NCBI GenBank assembly: GCA_964546605.1
Contig: CAZJKK010000001.1
Coordinates: 3,042-67,041 of the forward strand
Source: an uncultured Clostridia bacterium
GTDB taxonomy: Bacteria; Bacillota; Clostridia; Tissierellales; Sedimentibacteraceae
Direction of reading: 5' to 3'
DNA length: 64,000 nucleotides
In this document: positions 1-9,893 of the stretch, piece after piece
Numbering within the stretch: position 1 is the stretch's first letter
Layout of the letters: every line of letters begins with the position of its first letter
The notes under the pieces: model-generated
Databases searched by the model: none
What the model saw: only the letters and a program-made list of their open reading frames with translations
Told to the model about the DNA's origin: nothing
Program-made: the position numbers and the translations under genes

Positions 1-50
1 TTATAGACAACTATTTATCTTTATTGCAATTAAATAAAATAGATGAAAAA

Positions 51-77
51 GCAGGAATTATTGATATTCAGCCAAAT
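51..77 (+). promoter_or_regulatory. possible sigmaH promoter of spoVG
   Basis: GCAGGAATT...GCCAAAT resembles the sigmaH consensus (AGGA...GAAT) with an imperfect -10; spoVG is classically sigmaH-dependent. Confidence 0.35.
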
Positions 78-203
78 ATGAAGTTGTTAAAATAATTTCA
101 TACTTTTTTTGGCAAAAATGAAAATGTTTTTTTGCTTTTTTAAAACATATGTAGTATAATGTATGAAATTAGACATAATTTCTTGGGGGAAGGTGGTGAC
201 AAC

Positions 204-494
204 ATGAAAATATCGGACGTAAGAGTAAGAAAAATTAATTCAGAAGGCAAGATGAAGGCAATCGTTTCCGTAACTTTTGATGATTGCTTTGTGGTTCACG
301 ACATTAAAATTATTGAAGGACAAGAAGGCTTATTTATTGCAATGCCAAGCAGAAAAATGCCAGATGGGGAATTTAAGGATATCGCTCATCCAATCAATTC
401 AGAAACAAGAAATCAAGTTGCAGAAGCTGTTTTTAAAGCTTATGAAGAAAAGCGCCATGAAGAGGGTGAAAGTGAAGAAGCAGCTCTTCTATAG
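204..494 (+). CDS. spoVG: septation regulator SpoVG
   Basis: MKISDVRVR...[31 protein letters not shown] signature; RBS AGGTGG before ATG 204; upstream of glmU. Confidence 0.97.
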   Translation: MKISDVRVRKINSEGKMKAIVSVTFDDCFVVHDIKIIEGQEGLFIAMPSRKMPDGEFKDIAHPINSETRNQVAEAVFKAYEEKRHEEGESEEAALL

Positions 495-562
495 CGCATA
501 TGATAGTGTTAACTATCAATATTCTTGGGTCTTCTCTAAGACCCTTTTTTGATGAAATTTTT

Positions 563-591
563 TTGACTTAATTCATAATATGATATATAAT
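563..591 (+). promoter_or_regulatory. sigmaA promoter of glmU operon
   Basis: TTGACT-17 bp-TATAAT. Confidence 0.7.
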
Positions 592-621
592 CTAAAAGTA
601 TTCTAGTTAAGGAGAAAAAAT

Positions 622-1992
622 ATGAGTATGTCAATTATATTGGCAGCAGGTGAAGGTACGAGAATGAAATCCGACATCCCTAAAACCTTGCACAAGGTTT
701 GCGGAAAAGAAATGCTTAAGTACGTTATTGAAGCTGCCCAAAATTCAGGAATAGAAAAAAATGTTGTAATTCTCGGACATGGTAAAGAAAAGGTTTTAGA
801 TAATATTAAGGATATGAATGTTTTATGTGTGGAACAACCAATTGGTGAAAATGCGCCATATGGAACTGGCTATGCAGCTATGTGTGCAAAGGAATATATA
901 AATGATGAGGATACGGTTGTTATATTAGTGGGAGATGGTCCTTTAATCAGAAAGGAAACTCTTAATGAATTTATAAAATATCATGAAAAAAGTGATTATG
1001 CCGCATCAGTTATGACTGCTTTTCTTGACAATCCAAAGGGATATGGAAGAATTGTAAGAAATAAAGATTTATCCGTAATGAACATTGTGGAAGAAAAGGA
1101 TGCACAAGAAGAAATTAAAAAAATCAAAGAAATAAATACGGGCATATATTGTTTTAATGGAAAATTATTAAAGTATGCGTTGGAAAAAATAGATACAAAC
1201 AATTCTCAAAATGAATACTACCTGACAGATACTGTTAAGGTTTTAAATAACGAAAACTTCAAAATAGGCGGTTGGGTTTTAGAGGATTCAACAGATATTA
1301 AGGCTGTTAATGACAGAGTTCAATTAGCCGAAGTTTCTAAAATAATGCAGGAAAGAATCAACAAAAGTTTAATGCTTTTGGGCGTTACTATTATAGACCC
1401 TGAACATACCTACATAGAGGACTGCGTTAAAGTAGGAAGAGACACGGTCATTTATCCTGGAACTATATTAGAAGGAAAAACAGAAATAGGCTCAAATTGT
1501 ACTATTGGTCCTAATTCTCGAATAATTGACTCATTTATTAGCAATAATGTAAATGTAGAAAGCTCAAAGGTAATAAAATCAACTATAGGTGACGGAACAA
1601 CCGTAGGTCCATTTGCTTACTTAAGACCTGATACCGTTCTTGGGAAAAATGTCAAAATAGGCGATTTTGTTGAAGTTAAGAAATCAATAATAGGTGATAA
1701 TTCAAAATCATCACACTTAGCATACATAGGTGATGCAGAAATTGGAAAAAATGTTAATATAGGCTGCGGAGTAGTTTTCGTTAATTACGATGGAAAACAT
1801 AAGAATAAAACTATTGTTGGAGATGGGGCTTTTGTAGGAAGCAATTCAAATTTAGTGGCACCTGTAAATATTCAACAAAACAGCTATATTGCATGCGGAT
1901 CAACCATTACTCAAGAGGTTGAAGAAGGAGATCTTGCCATTGCAAGAGCAAGGCAGGTTAATAAAAAAGGATTAGGAAAAGATAGATATTAG
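622..1992 (+). CDS. glmU: bifunctional UDP-GlcNAc pyrophosphorylase / glucosamine-1-P acetyltransferase
   Basis: ILAAGEGTRMKS motif, GYGRIVR, hexapeptide-repeat C-terminus, NYDG. Confidence 0.98.
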   Translation: MSMSIILAAGEGTRMKSDIPKTLHKVCGKEMLKYVIEAAQNSGIEKNVVILGHGKEKVLDNIKDMNVLCVEQPIGENAPYGTGYAAMCAKEYINDEDTVVILVGDGPLIRKETLNEFIKYHEKSDYAASVMTAFLDNPKGYGRIVRNKDLSVMNIVEEKDAQEEIKKIKEINTGIYCFNGKLLKYALEKIDTNNSQNEYYLTDTVKVLNNENFKIGGWVLEDSTDIKAVNDRVQLAEVSKIMQERINKSLMLLGVTIIDPEHTYIEDCVKVGRDTVIYPGTILEGKTEIGSNCTIGPNSRIIDSFISNNVNVESSKVIKSTIGDGTTVGPFAYLRPDTVLGKNVKIGDFVEVKKSIIGDNSKSSHLAYIGDAEIGKNVNIGCGVVFVNYDGKHKNKTIVGDGAFVGSNSNLVAPVNIQQNSYIACGSTITQEVEEGDLAIARARQVNKKGLGKDRY

Positions 1993-2000
1993 AGGTAAAT

Positions 2001-2567
2001 ATGTATATAATTGCAGGACTTGGCAATCCGGGTAAGGAATATACAGGTACCAGACATAACGTAGGATATGAATCACTAGATTGTTTGGCAGAAAAGTATA
2101 ACACGAAATTAAATAAACTTAAGTTTAACTCCGTTTATGGGGAAATAACCATAAACGGAGAAAAAGTTATGCTTGTAAAACCTGTAACCTATATGAACAG
2201 AAGCGGTATTGCTATTGATGAAATAATGAAATTTTATAAAATTCCGGTGGAAAATTTAATTGTTATTTATGACGACATAGATATACCGGTGGGAACATTA
2301 AGAATAAGACCTAACGGCAGCCCTGGAACACATAACGGCATGAAGTCGATAATTCAGCATGTGGGAACAAATTTCCCTAGGATAAGAATAGGTATAGGCA
2401 GAAATCCTCAAATGGATTTAGCGGATTATGTGCTTCAAAGATTTAGCAAGGATGATGCTGAGAAAATTCATCCTATTATGGAAAAGGCTGTAGAAGCAGC
2501 AATAGAAATCATTAAAAGTAATGTTGATACAGCTATGCAGAAGTACAATATTAAAACGGTAGATTAG
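2001..2567 (+). CDS. pth: peptidyl-tRNA hydrolase
   Basis: GLGNPG..Y..TRHNVG, KP.TYMN.SG, HNGMKS. Confidence 0.97.
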   Translation: MYIIAGLGNPGKEYTGTRHNVGYESLDCLAEKYNTKLNKLKFNSVYGEITINGEKVMLVKPVTYMNRSGIAIDEIMKFYKIPVENLIVIYDDIDIPVGTLRIRPNGSPGTHNGMKSIIQHVGTNFPRIRIGIGRNPQMDLADYVLQRFSKDDAEKIHPIMEKAVEAAIEIIKSNVDTAMQKYNIKTVD

Positions 2568-2591
2568 AAATGTTTTGAAAATAGTGAGGAT

Positions 2592-2616
2592 ATTCCTTGC
2601 TACGCTAAGGATGACA
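2592..2616. repeat. REP-like short palindrome
   Basis: ATTCCTTGCTACGCTAAGGATGACA in the pth-mfd spacer; resembles the ...CGCT.AGGATGACA type of intergenic palindrome. Confidence 0.4.
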
Positions 2617-2662
2617 CATTTAAACATTACTAATCTTTCTAATCAATTTTAGAAGGTAAAAC

Positions 2663-5600
2663 ATGAACAAAATTTTGTTTGAACAGTTTCAAAAAACAGA
2701 AAAATTCAGCAGAATAATTGAAAATTACGGTAAAAGTAAAAGTCAGCTTCTTCAAGGAATAAATGAAGAAAGTATGGCTTATTTGGTGTGCAATTTACTA
2801 GAATCTACCCATAACAAGGTGCTTTTAATTACAAGCAATGAAGCGAAATCAAGGAAGTATGAAGAGGAAATAAGAGCATACACCGATAATGTCAATAGAC
2901 TTCAGCCAAAAGAATTCATCTTGTATAATGTTGATGCCTTAAGTAAGGATACTGAATATAGAAGGGCTGATACTCTTGATAAAATAATAAATTCAAAGAA
3001 TACTTTAATTACTGCATCTGTAAATTCAATCATTACAAGAGTAATGCCTAAAGATAGATTTAAGAATTCTGTTATAGAATTAGTCTATGGCAAAAACTAT
3101 GATATAAATGAATTAAGAAGTAAACTTATAAATTTAAAGTATGAAAGAGTGGATGCTATAGAGGGTGTTGGTCAATTTTCTGTTAGAGGCGGTATAATTG
3201 ATATATTTTCCCCTTCTGAAAAGTATCCTGTCAGAGTAGAGTTTTTTGATGATGAAATTGACTCTATTCGTACGGTGGATTTAAAAACACAGCGCTCCAT
3301 TAAAAATTTAAAATCAGTGAGAATTATTCCGTGCAGCGACTTAATGTTTCAAAAGGAAGAAATAAAAAAAATTCTTGCTGAAATAAACAATGATTATCAA
3401 AATAGAATAGGTAAAATAAAGGGCCTTCAAAATTCAAAGGAAGTAGAAAAAAATCTTAAAAACCTTTATAACGCATACCAAGATAAACTAAGTGGCGGTT
3501 TTGGAATAGAAAATGCTGATTTGCTTGTTCCATTTATTAAGGACAGTTTTGTAAGCATATTAGATTATTTTGATGAAAAATTCATACTTGTTCTTGATGA
3601 ACCCGAAAGAATATTTGAAGAACTTAAAAATATTTCAGAAAGCTTCGCATTAAAGTATGGAGAGCTGTTTGAAAATGGAGAAATTTTTACAAAACAAAGC
3701 AGCGTCTATTTTAGTGAGCAAGAATTAATAGATGAGTTTGCTAAGCACCCATTTATTTCAGTCAATGGTAAAGAAAAATCATTAAAGTCTAATGATTTAG
3801 TATCATTGCTGTTTAAAGAAGCTCCATCCTATTATGGAAAAATGGAGGATTTGTCTAAGGATTTAAACAGACTTAAGTACAAGGGATATAAAATTGCCAT
3901 TATTCTTTCAAGCGAAGGATGCTTAAAGCTTCATAACATACTAATTGATTATGAATGCTCTACAACCCTTTCAAAGGATACCAATGTTGCAGCTGAAAGC
4001 GGACAAGTGGTAATTCTTCCAGGAGAGTTAAAAAAAGGCTTTGAGTATTATGACAATAAAATATTAGTGCTTACTGAGAACGAAGTATTCGGTAGTTTGA
4101 GAAAGAAATCCCAAAAGGCTAAAAAGCAAAAGGGCTCAAAGATAGAAGTATTTACTGATTTAAAAGTTGGTGATTATGTTGTACATGAGCATCACGGTAT
4201 CGGTCAATACGTAGGCATTGAAAAAATAGATGTACAAAATATAAAAAAGGATTATCTTTGTATTAAGTATAAGGCCGAAGATAAGCTTTATGTACCAGTT
4301 GACCAAATGTCCCTAATACAAAAGTACATTGGTTCAGATTCAGAAAAGCCAAAGCTTAATAAAATGGGAAGCGCTGATTGGATTAAAACCAAGGAGCGTT
4401 CAAAGGCTGCCATACAAAATATGGCTGGCGAATTGGTTAAGCTTTATGCCCAAAGAAAGGTAGTAAAGGGCTATGCCTTTTCTCCTGATACTGAATGGCA
4501 AAAGGAATTTGAATATAAGTTTCCATTCCAGGAAACAGATGATCAGCTAAGATGTATTAAGGAAATAAAGAAGGATATGGAAAAACCAGTTTGCATGGAC
4601 AGACTTCTATGCGGTGACGTTGGATTTGGTAAGACAGAGGTTGCTATGAGAGCTGCCTTTAAGGCGGTTATGGACTCTAAGCAAGTAGCAATACTTGTGC
4701 CTACAACAATCCTGGCACAACAGCATTACACAAATTTAGTGGACAGATTCAGAGGATATCCTGTAAAAATAGAAATGCTATCAAGGTTTAGAACACCATA
4801 TCAGCAAGCAAAGGTTATAAGTGATTTAAATAAGGGCTTAGTTGATATAGTTGTAGGAACACATAAGCTTCTAGCCAAGGATTTAAAATTCAAGGATTTA
4901 GGACTTTTAATCATAGATGAAGAACAACGTTTTGGAGTAAAGCATAAGGAAAATATTAAGCAGCTAAAAACAAACATAGATGTTCTTACCCTTTCTGCTA
5001 CACCTATTCCAAGGACGTTGCATATGTCCATGATTGGTGTAAGGGATATGAGTATAATATCTGAACCACCGGGAGACAGACTTCCCATTCAAACATATGT
5101 TATTGAGAAAAATGAAGGTATCATAAAGGATGCCATAGAAAGAGAAATGTCCAGGGGTGGTCAAGTTTATTACGTTCATAACCGAGTAATGGATATAGAC
5201 TCTGCTGCTACAAAGCTTCAAAGACAAGTACCAGAAGCACGAATTGCAGTTGGTCATGGGCAAATGAGCGAGAGACATCTAGAAAATATAATGCTTGAAT
5301 TTGTGAATAAAGAATATGATGTTTTAATGTGTACAACTATTATTGAAACAGGTATGGATATTCCTAATGCAAACACACTGATTATCGATAATGCAGATTA
5401 CATGGGGCTTTCTCAACTTTATCAGCTAAGAGGAAGAATTGGAAGGTCTAACAAGGTTGCATTTGCTTATCTAACCTATGAAAAGGATAAAATGCTTTCA
5501 GAGGTTGCAGATAAAAGATTAAAGGCAATAAAAGAATTTACTGAGTTTGGATCTGGATTTAAGATTGCCATGAGAGACTTGGAAATCAGAGGATGCGGCA

Positions 5601-6205
5601 ACATATTAGGAGCTGAGCAGCATGGTCACATGCTTGCCATAGGCTATGATTTGTATGTTAAATTCCTTGATAGAGCAGTTAAAGAGCTTCAAGGAAGCGG
5701 CATTGAAGATGCAGATATTGAAACATCAGTTGATATAAGTGTTGATGGATATATTCCTTCCACATATATTGAAAATGAAGAACAGAAAATTGATATTTAT
5801 AAAAAGATTGCAGCAACTGCAAATAAAGAGGATATTTATGACATTACAGAAGAAATTATTGACCGCTTCGGCAACCCTCCAAAGCAAGTTGATAATTTAC
5901 TGAAAATTTCATATATCAAATCTCTTTGCAAAAAACTGCATGTAAAATCTGTTTCACAATCAGGTATCAATATAAACATAGAATTATATTCAGCTAATGA
6001 TCTTACTCAGGACATGATAGGTTTCTTGCTTGAAAATTATAATTCAAAAATTAAGTTTGATGTTTCTAAGGAGCCTGTTGTTAAATATAAATTAAATTCC
6101 ACAGAGCAAATGGACATTCTTGGGGAATTAGAAAAATTCTTTGAAATCTTAAATAATTATAAAGCGGATTTAAAAAAATCTGCTAAGGAGGAAAAAAATG
6201 ATTAA
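2663..6205 (+). CDS. mfd: transcription-repair coupling factor
   Basis: UvrB-like N-terminus, CarD-like RID (GDYVVHEHHGIG), GDVGFGKT, DEEQRFG, TRCF C-terminus. Confidence 0.98.
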   Translation: MNKILFEQFQKTEKFSRIIENYGKSKSQLLQGINEESMAYLVCNLLESTHNKVLLITSNEAKSRKYEEEIRAYTDNVNRLQPKEFILYNVDALSKDTEYRRADTLDKIINSKNTLITASVNSIITRVMPKDRFKNSVIELVYGKNYDINELRSKLINLKYERVDAIEGVGQFSVRGGIIDIFSPSEKYPVRVEFFDDEIDSIRTVDLKTQRSIKNLKSVRIIPCSDLMFQKEEIKKILAEINNDYQNRIGKIKGLQNSKEVEKNLKNLYNAYQDKLSGGFGIENADLLVPFIKDSFVSILDYFDEKFILVLDEPERIFEELKNISESFALKYGELFENGEIFTKQSSVYFSEQELIDEFAKHPFISVNGKEKSLKSNDLVSLLFKEAPSYYGKMEDLSKDLNRLKYKGYKIAIILSSEGCLKLHNILIDYECSTTLSKDTNVAAESGQVVILPGELKKGFEYYDNKILVLTENEVFGSLRKKSQKAKKQKGSKIEVFTDLKVGDYVVHEHHGIGQYVGIEKIDVQNIKKDYLCIKYKAEDKLYVPVDQMSLIQKYIGSDSEKPKLNKMGSADWIKTKERSKAAIQNMAGELVKLYAQRKVVKGYAFSPDTEWQKEFEYKFPFQETDDQLRCIKEIKKDMEKPVCMDRLLCGDVGFGKTEVAMRAAFKAVMDSKQVAILVPTTILAQQHYTNLVDRFRGYPVKIEMLSRFRTPYQQAKVISDLNKGLVDIVVGTHKLLAKDLKFKDLGLLIIDEEQRFGVKHKENIKQLKTNIDVLTLSATPIPRTLHMSMIGVRDMSIISEPPGDRLPIQTYVIEKNEGIIKDAIEREMSRGGQVYYVHNRVMDIDSAATKLQRQVPEARIAVGHGQMSERHLENIMLEFVNKEYDVLMCTTIIETGMDIPNANTLIIDNADYMGLSQLYQLRGRIGRSNKVAFAYLTYEKDKMLSEVADKRLKAIKEFTEFGSGFKIAMRDLEIRGCGNILGAEQHGHMLAIGYDLYVKFLDRAVKELQGSGIEDADIETSVDISVDGYIPSTYIENEEQKIDIYKKIAATANKEDIYDITEEIIDRFGNPPKQVDNLLKISYIKSLCKKLHVKSVSQSGININIELYSANDLTQDMIGFLLENYNSKIKFDVSKEPVVKYKLNSTEQMDILGELEKFFEILNNYKADLKKSAKEEKND

Positions 6206-7136
6206 ACTTAAAAAGTCTTTCGCGTTAGTACTTGTGCTTTTAACTGCCTTAGCCATGACTGCATGCAATAAGGATAGTGCCGAAGAAATTGAAGAAGGTG
6301 TAAAAGCGAAGGTTAACGATAAGGTTATAACTGAAGAAGAATATAATAAATCAGTGGAATATTACAAAAATATGATTGAACAGCAAATGGGAACTGGTTC
6401 TTGGGAAACTGAAAGAGCGGCAGGACAAACATGGAAAAGCTATTATGAAGAAAAAATATTAGATGAAATGATCATTAATATGGTGCTCTTAGATGCTGCT
6501 GAAAAGTCAAACACAGGTGTAACGGAAGAGGAAATAGTGGCTGAACTTGACAATTACAAGGTATACTTTAATAATGATGAAGAATATCAGAAATTTTTAA
6601 CTGACAACAATTTGTCAGAAGAATTTTTAAGAGAAGAAATTAAGGAATATTTATTAATAAATAATTATGCTGTAAGTAAAATAGAAACTTTAAAACCAAC
6701 AGACGAAGAGCTTAATACATTGTTTAATGATATGAAAATGAATGAAAGCGTGAGAGCAAGTCACATTTTAGTAGATACCGAAGAAGAAGCAAAAGCGGTT
6801 ATTGACAGAATTAACAAAGGAGAAAGCTTTGAAGAACTTGCAAAAGAACTTTCAAAGGATCCGGGAAGTGGGGCTAACGGAGGAGATTTAGATTATTTTG
6901 ATTATGTAGACATGGTTCAGCCATTTTCAGATGCTGCTTTTGCAATGGAAATAGGTGAAATAAGCGAACCGGTTAAATCAGACTTTGGATACCATGTTAT
7001 TAAAGTCACTGATAAGACAGTTGATAATGCTGTAACAGCAGAAACAGAAAAAACTGTTTTGACAGAATACTATAAATCAGCTAAATATGAAGAGCTTTTA
7101 GACAAACTAAAAAGTGAAGCAAAGATTGTTCAATAA
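6198..7136 (+). CDS. PrsA-like parvulin peptidyl-prolyl isomerase lipoprotein
   Basis: Lipobox (MTAC), SurA-like N-domain, VRASHILV...GGDL...SEPVKSDFGYHVI; conserved position after mfd. Confidence 0.9.
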   Translation: MIKLKKSFALVLVLLTALAMTACNKDSAEEIEEGVKAKVNDKVITEEEYNKSVEYYKNMIEQQMGTGSWETERAAGQTWKSYYEEKILDEMIINMVLLDAAEKSNTGVTEEEIVAELDNYKVYFNNDEEYQKFLTDNNLSEEFLREEIKEYLLINNYAVSKIETLKPTDEELNTLFNDMKMNESVRASHILVDTEEEAKAVIDRINKGESFEELAKELSKDPGSGANGGDLDYFDYVDMVQPFSDAAFAMEIGEISEPVKSDFGYHVIKVTDKTVDNAVTAETEKTVLTEYYKSAKYEELLDKLKSEAKIVQ

Positions 7137-7374
7137 TCAATAAATATTAAAAAACATAAGTAGAAATTCTTAAGCAATTATTAATATTTTGCTAAAAAAG
7201 TTATTTATTGTAAAAAAATGTTGCTATTCATAAAAAAACCAATTATAATATTATTAGATATTTCCAATAATATCCGCTAACAAGTAAGGATAAAATCTAT
7301 TAAAGTGCAAATAATAGAAAATATTAAAAGAAATGTCATATAAATAAAATTATTCAATTGGAGGAACTTAACTA

Positions 7375-7926
7375 ATGAAAGCAACTGGAATTGTCAGAAG
7401 AATTGATGATTTGGGAAGAGTCGTTATCCCTAAAGAAATCAGAAGAACATTAAGAATCAGAGAAGGGGATCCTTTAGAAATTTTTACAGATAGAGAAGGT
7501 GAGATTATACTTAAAAAATACTCACCAATTGGAGAATTAACTGAGTTTGCCGGAGAGTATGTTGAATCCTTGTTTGAAACAACAAGACATATAGCAGTAA
7601 TAACAGATCGTGATGGAGTAATAGCTGTTTCAGGCAGCTCAAAAAAGGATTACGCTGAAAAAAGATTAAGTCCAGAGCTGGAAAAAATAATTGAAAGTAG
7701 AGAATTGTACATTACAAATGCCAATTCTAAGCCAATTAGAATTACAGCTAATGAATTTAATCCTGATAATTATGTTAGCCAGGTAATTGCTCCAATATTA
7801 GCTCATGGAGACCCTATAGGTTCAATAATGCTGTTGTCAAAAGACAAAGCAGCAAAAATGACAGAAGTTGAAGAAAAATTAATAAAAACAGCAAGTATAT
7901 TCTTATCAAGACAAATGGAAAACTAA
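7375..7926 (+). CDS. spoVT: stage V sporulation protein T (AbrB + GAF)
   Basis: MKATGIVRRIDDLGRVVIPKEIRRTLRIREGDPLEIF, 183 aa. Confidence 0.97.
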   Translation: MKATGIVRRIDDLGRVVIPKEIRRTLRIREGDPLEIFTDREGEIILKKYSPIGELTEFAGEYVESLFETTRHIAVITDRDGVIAVSGSSKKDYAEKRLSPELEKIIESRELYITNANSKPIRITANEFNPDNYVSQVIAPILAHGDPIGSIMLLSKDKAAKMTEVEEKLIKTASIFLSRQMEN

Positions 7927-7939
7927 AAAACAAATTATT

Positions 7940-7964
7940 AAGATGACGAAAGTCATCTTTTTTT
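7940..7964 (+). terminator. intrinsic terminator after spoVT
   Basis: AAGATGAC-GAAA-GTCATCTT followed by a T run. Confidence 0.85.
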
Positions 7965-7966
7965 CA

Positions 7967-8082
7967 TGACCTAACCCAATTTCTTCGACCGTCAGGGAGA
8001 AAGAAATTGACGGTAGGTCAGATGCAGCGCAATCCCAATTTGTGCGACCGTAGGGAGCAGACAAATTGGTGATGGAGCCTGC
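7967..8082 (+). repeat. two-hairpin dispersed repeat, copy 1
   Basis: Two adjacent GC-rich hairpins with CGACCGT(C)AGGGAG loops; homologous to 30298-30411 on the minus strand. Confidence 0.75.
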
Positions 8083-8138
8083 TTGTATATTTAGCGATAA
8101 TCTTATTATCCCATTCCACCCATTTCACTGAAAACGTT

Positions 8139-8167
8139 TTGACATTACAACCTATTTGTTTTATAAT
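8139..8167 (+). promoter_or_regulatory. sigmaA promoter
   Basis: perfect TTGACA-17 bp-TATAAT. Confidence 0.8.
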
Positions 8168-8202
8168 AATAATAGAATATTTTTTGAAAAATAGGAGGCT
8201 TT

Positions 8203-9867
8203 ATGAATATAAGATTTTTAGGAGCAGTTAAAGGTGTTACAGGCTCAAGTCATTTAATAAGCTTTAATAATAAGAATATTTTATTGGATTGCGGGATGTA
8301 TCAAGGTAAGGATGATGATTTAAATTTAGAGGAGTTCGAAGTTAATCCAGCAGATATTGATTGTCTTTTGTTAAGTCACAGCCACATAGACCATAGCGGA
8401 AGAATTCCACTTTTGGTTAAGGACGGTTTTAAAGGAAAAATATATTGCTCAAAGCCTACATATAATTTATGTGAAATAATGCTTATAGACTCAGCCCATA
8501 TACAGGAAACAGAAGCTGAATGGAAAAACAAAAAGGCACAGCGTCAAGGGAAAAAGTTAGTTGAACCTATGTATACACAATCGGATGCTATGGAAAGTCT
8601 TAAGTATTTTGAACCTGTTCAATACGACCAAATAATTAATATAAGTGAAGGATTAACTGTAAAATTTAATGATGCAGGTCACATATTAGGCTCATCCATA
8701 ATTGAAATGTGGTATGATGATGGAAATGAAATTATTAAGATTGTATATTCAGGGGACTTAGGCATGCAAGAAAAGCCTTTATTAAAGGATCCTTCCATAA
8801 TTGAAAAGGCAGATTATGTAATAATGGAAGCAACCTATGGCGATAGAATTCATGATAACATAGAACAGCGAACTGAGGAGCTTATAAATATTATACTAAA
8901 AACTGCTAAAAGAGGCGGAAATGTGATAATACCTTCTTTTGCTGTTGGGAGAACCCAGGAGCTCATTTATGAGCTAAATAAATATTATGATAGCCACTTA
9001 GACCAAATGGGTACAAGGGAAAATGAACTTAAAAAAATTCCGGTATATGTAGACAGCCCTTTGGCAACAAAGGCAACTGAAGTATTTAAACAAAATGCCA
9101 ATGTATTTGATCAGGAAGCAAGAAGCTACATATTAAAAGGAGATAATCCACTGGAGTTTGATAACTTACATTTTACACAAAGTGCAGATGATTCAAGGGC
9201 ACTAAACTTTTCGAAAGAGCCAAAAATAATTATTTCAGCAAGCGGAATGTGTGAAGCAGGAAGAATTAAGCATCATTTAAAGCACAATTTGTGGAGAAAG
9301 GAATCAAGCATCGTCTTTGTTGGATATCAGGCAGAAGGAACATTAGGCAGAAAAATAATGGACGGTGAAAAAATAGTTAAGGTATTAGGCGAAAATATTA
9401 ATGTAAAGGCAGAAATATACAATGTTGAAGGATTTTCCGGCCATGCGGATAAAATAGCGCTTTTAGAATGGCTTAAGGGCTTTAAAGAAAAACCAAAAAC
9501 TGTGTTTATAGTACATGGAGAAAAGGAAGCTAAAATTAACTTTGCCAAGGAAGTAAAAGAAAAATTGGGTTTAAATTCTATAATTCCAGAATACAATGTT
9601 GTTTATGATATTAAGAAGTCTTCAGAAGTAGAAACTGTTAAAATTGAAAAGCAAGCTGTTCCTAATAAGTACAAGGTTAATGATAAGCTTATAATTGATT
9701 TGTTAAATGATATTGAAGAGCTTAAAAAGCTGGTTGATACAGCAGTAGAAAGATCAAAAGTTTATCTTGAAAAAAGCATAAGCATTGATGATTACAAAAA
9801 AATTAACAATGCAGTAATTGATATAGAAAATGAAGTGATAAATCTTACAATGCTCACAAATGATTAA
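8203..9867 (+). CDS. MBL-fold beta-CASP ribonuclease (RNA-specificity domain)
   Basis: SHSHIDHSG, AGHILGS, YSGDLG, SFAVGRTQE, FSGHAD, VHGE. Confidence 0.9.
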   Translation: MNIRFLGAVKGVTGSSHLISFNNKNILLDCGMYQGKDDDLNLEEFEVNPADIDCLLLSHSHIDHSGRIPLLVKDGFKGKIYCSKPTYNLCEIMLIDSAHIQETEAEWKNKKAQRQGKKLVEPMYTQSDAMESLKYFEPVQYDQIINISEGLTVKFNDAGHILGSSIIEMWYDDGNEIIKIVYSGDLGMQEKPLLKDPSIIEKADYVIMEATYGDRIHDNIEQRTEELINIILKTAKRGGNVIIPSFAVGRTQELIYELNKYYDSHLDQMGTRENELKKIPVYVDSPLATKATEVFKQNANVFDQEARSYILKGDNPLEFDNLHFTQSADDSRALNFSKEPKIIISASGMCEAGRIKHHLKHNLWRKESSIVFVGYQAEGTLGRKIMDGEKIVKVLGENINVKAEIYNVEGFSGHADKIALLEWLKGFKEKPKTVFIVHGEKEAKINFAKEVKEKLGLNSIIPEYNVVYDIKKSSEVETVKIEKQAVPNKYKVNDKLIIDLLNDIEELKKLVDTAVERSKVYLEKSISIDDYKKINNAVIDIENEVINLTMLTND

Positions 9868-9893
9868 TATGAAATCAGTTCATAGGAGTTCTT

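Noticed and set aside
7975-8070. Possible mini-CRISPR (two similar units of about 35 nt)
   Set aside because: Only two divergent hairpin units, no constant repeat-spacer period, no cas genes
8129-8142. cre-like TGAAAACGTTTTGA overlapping a -35 box
   Set aside because: Lacks the terminal CA of the consensus; too weak to call
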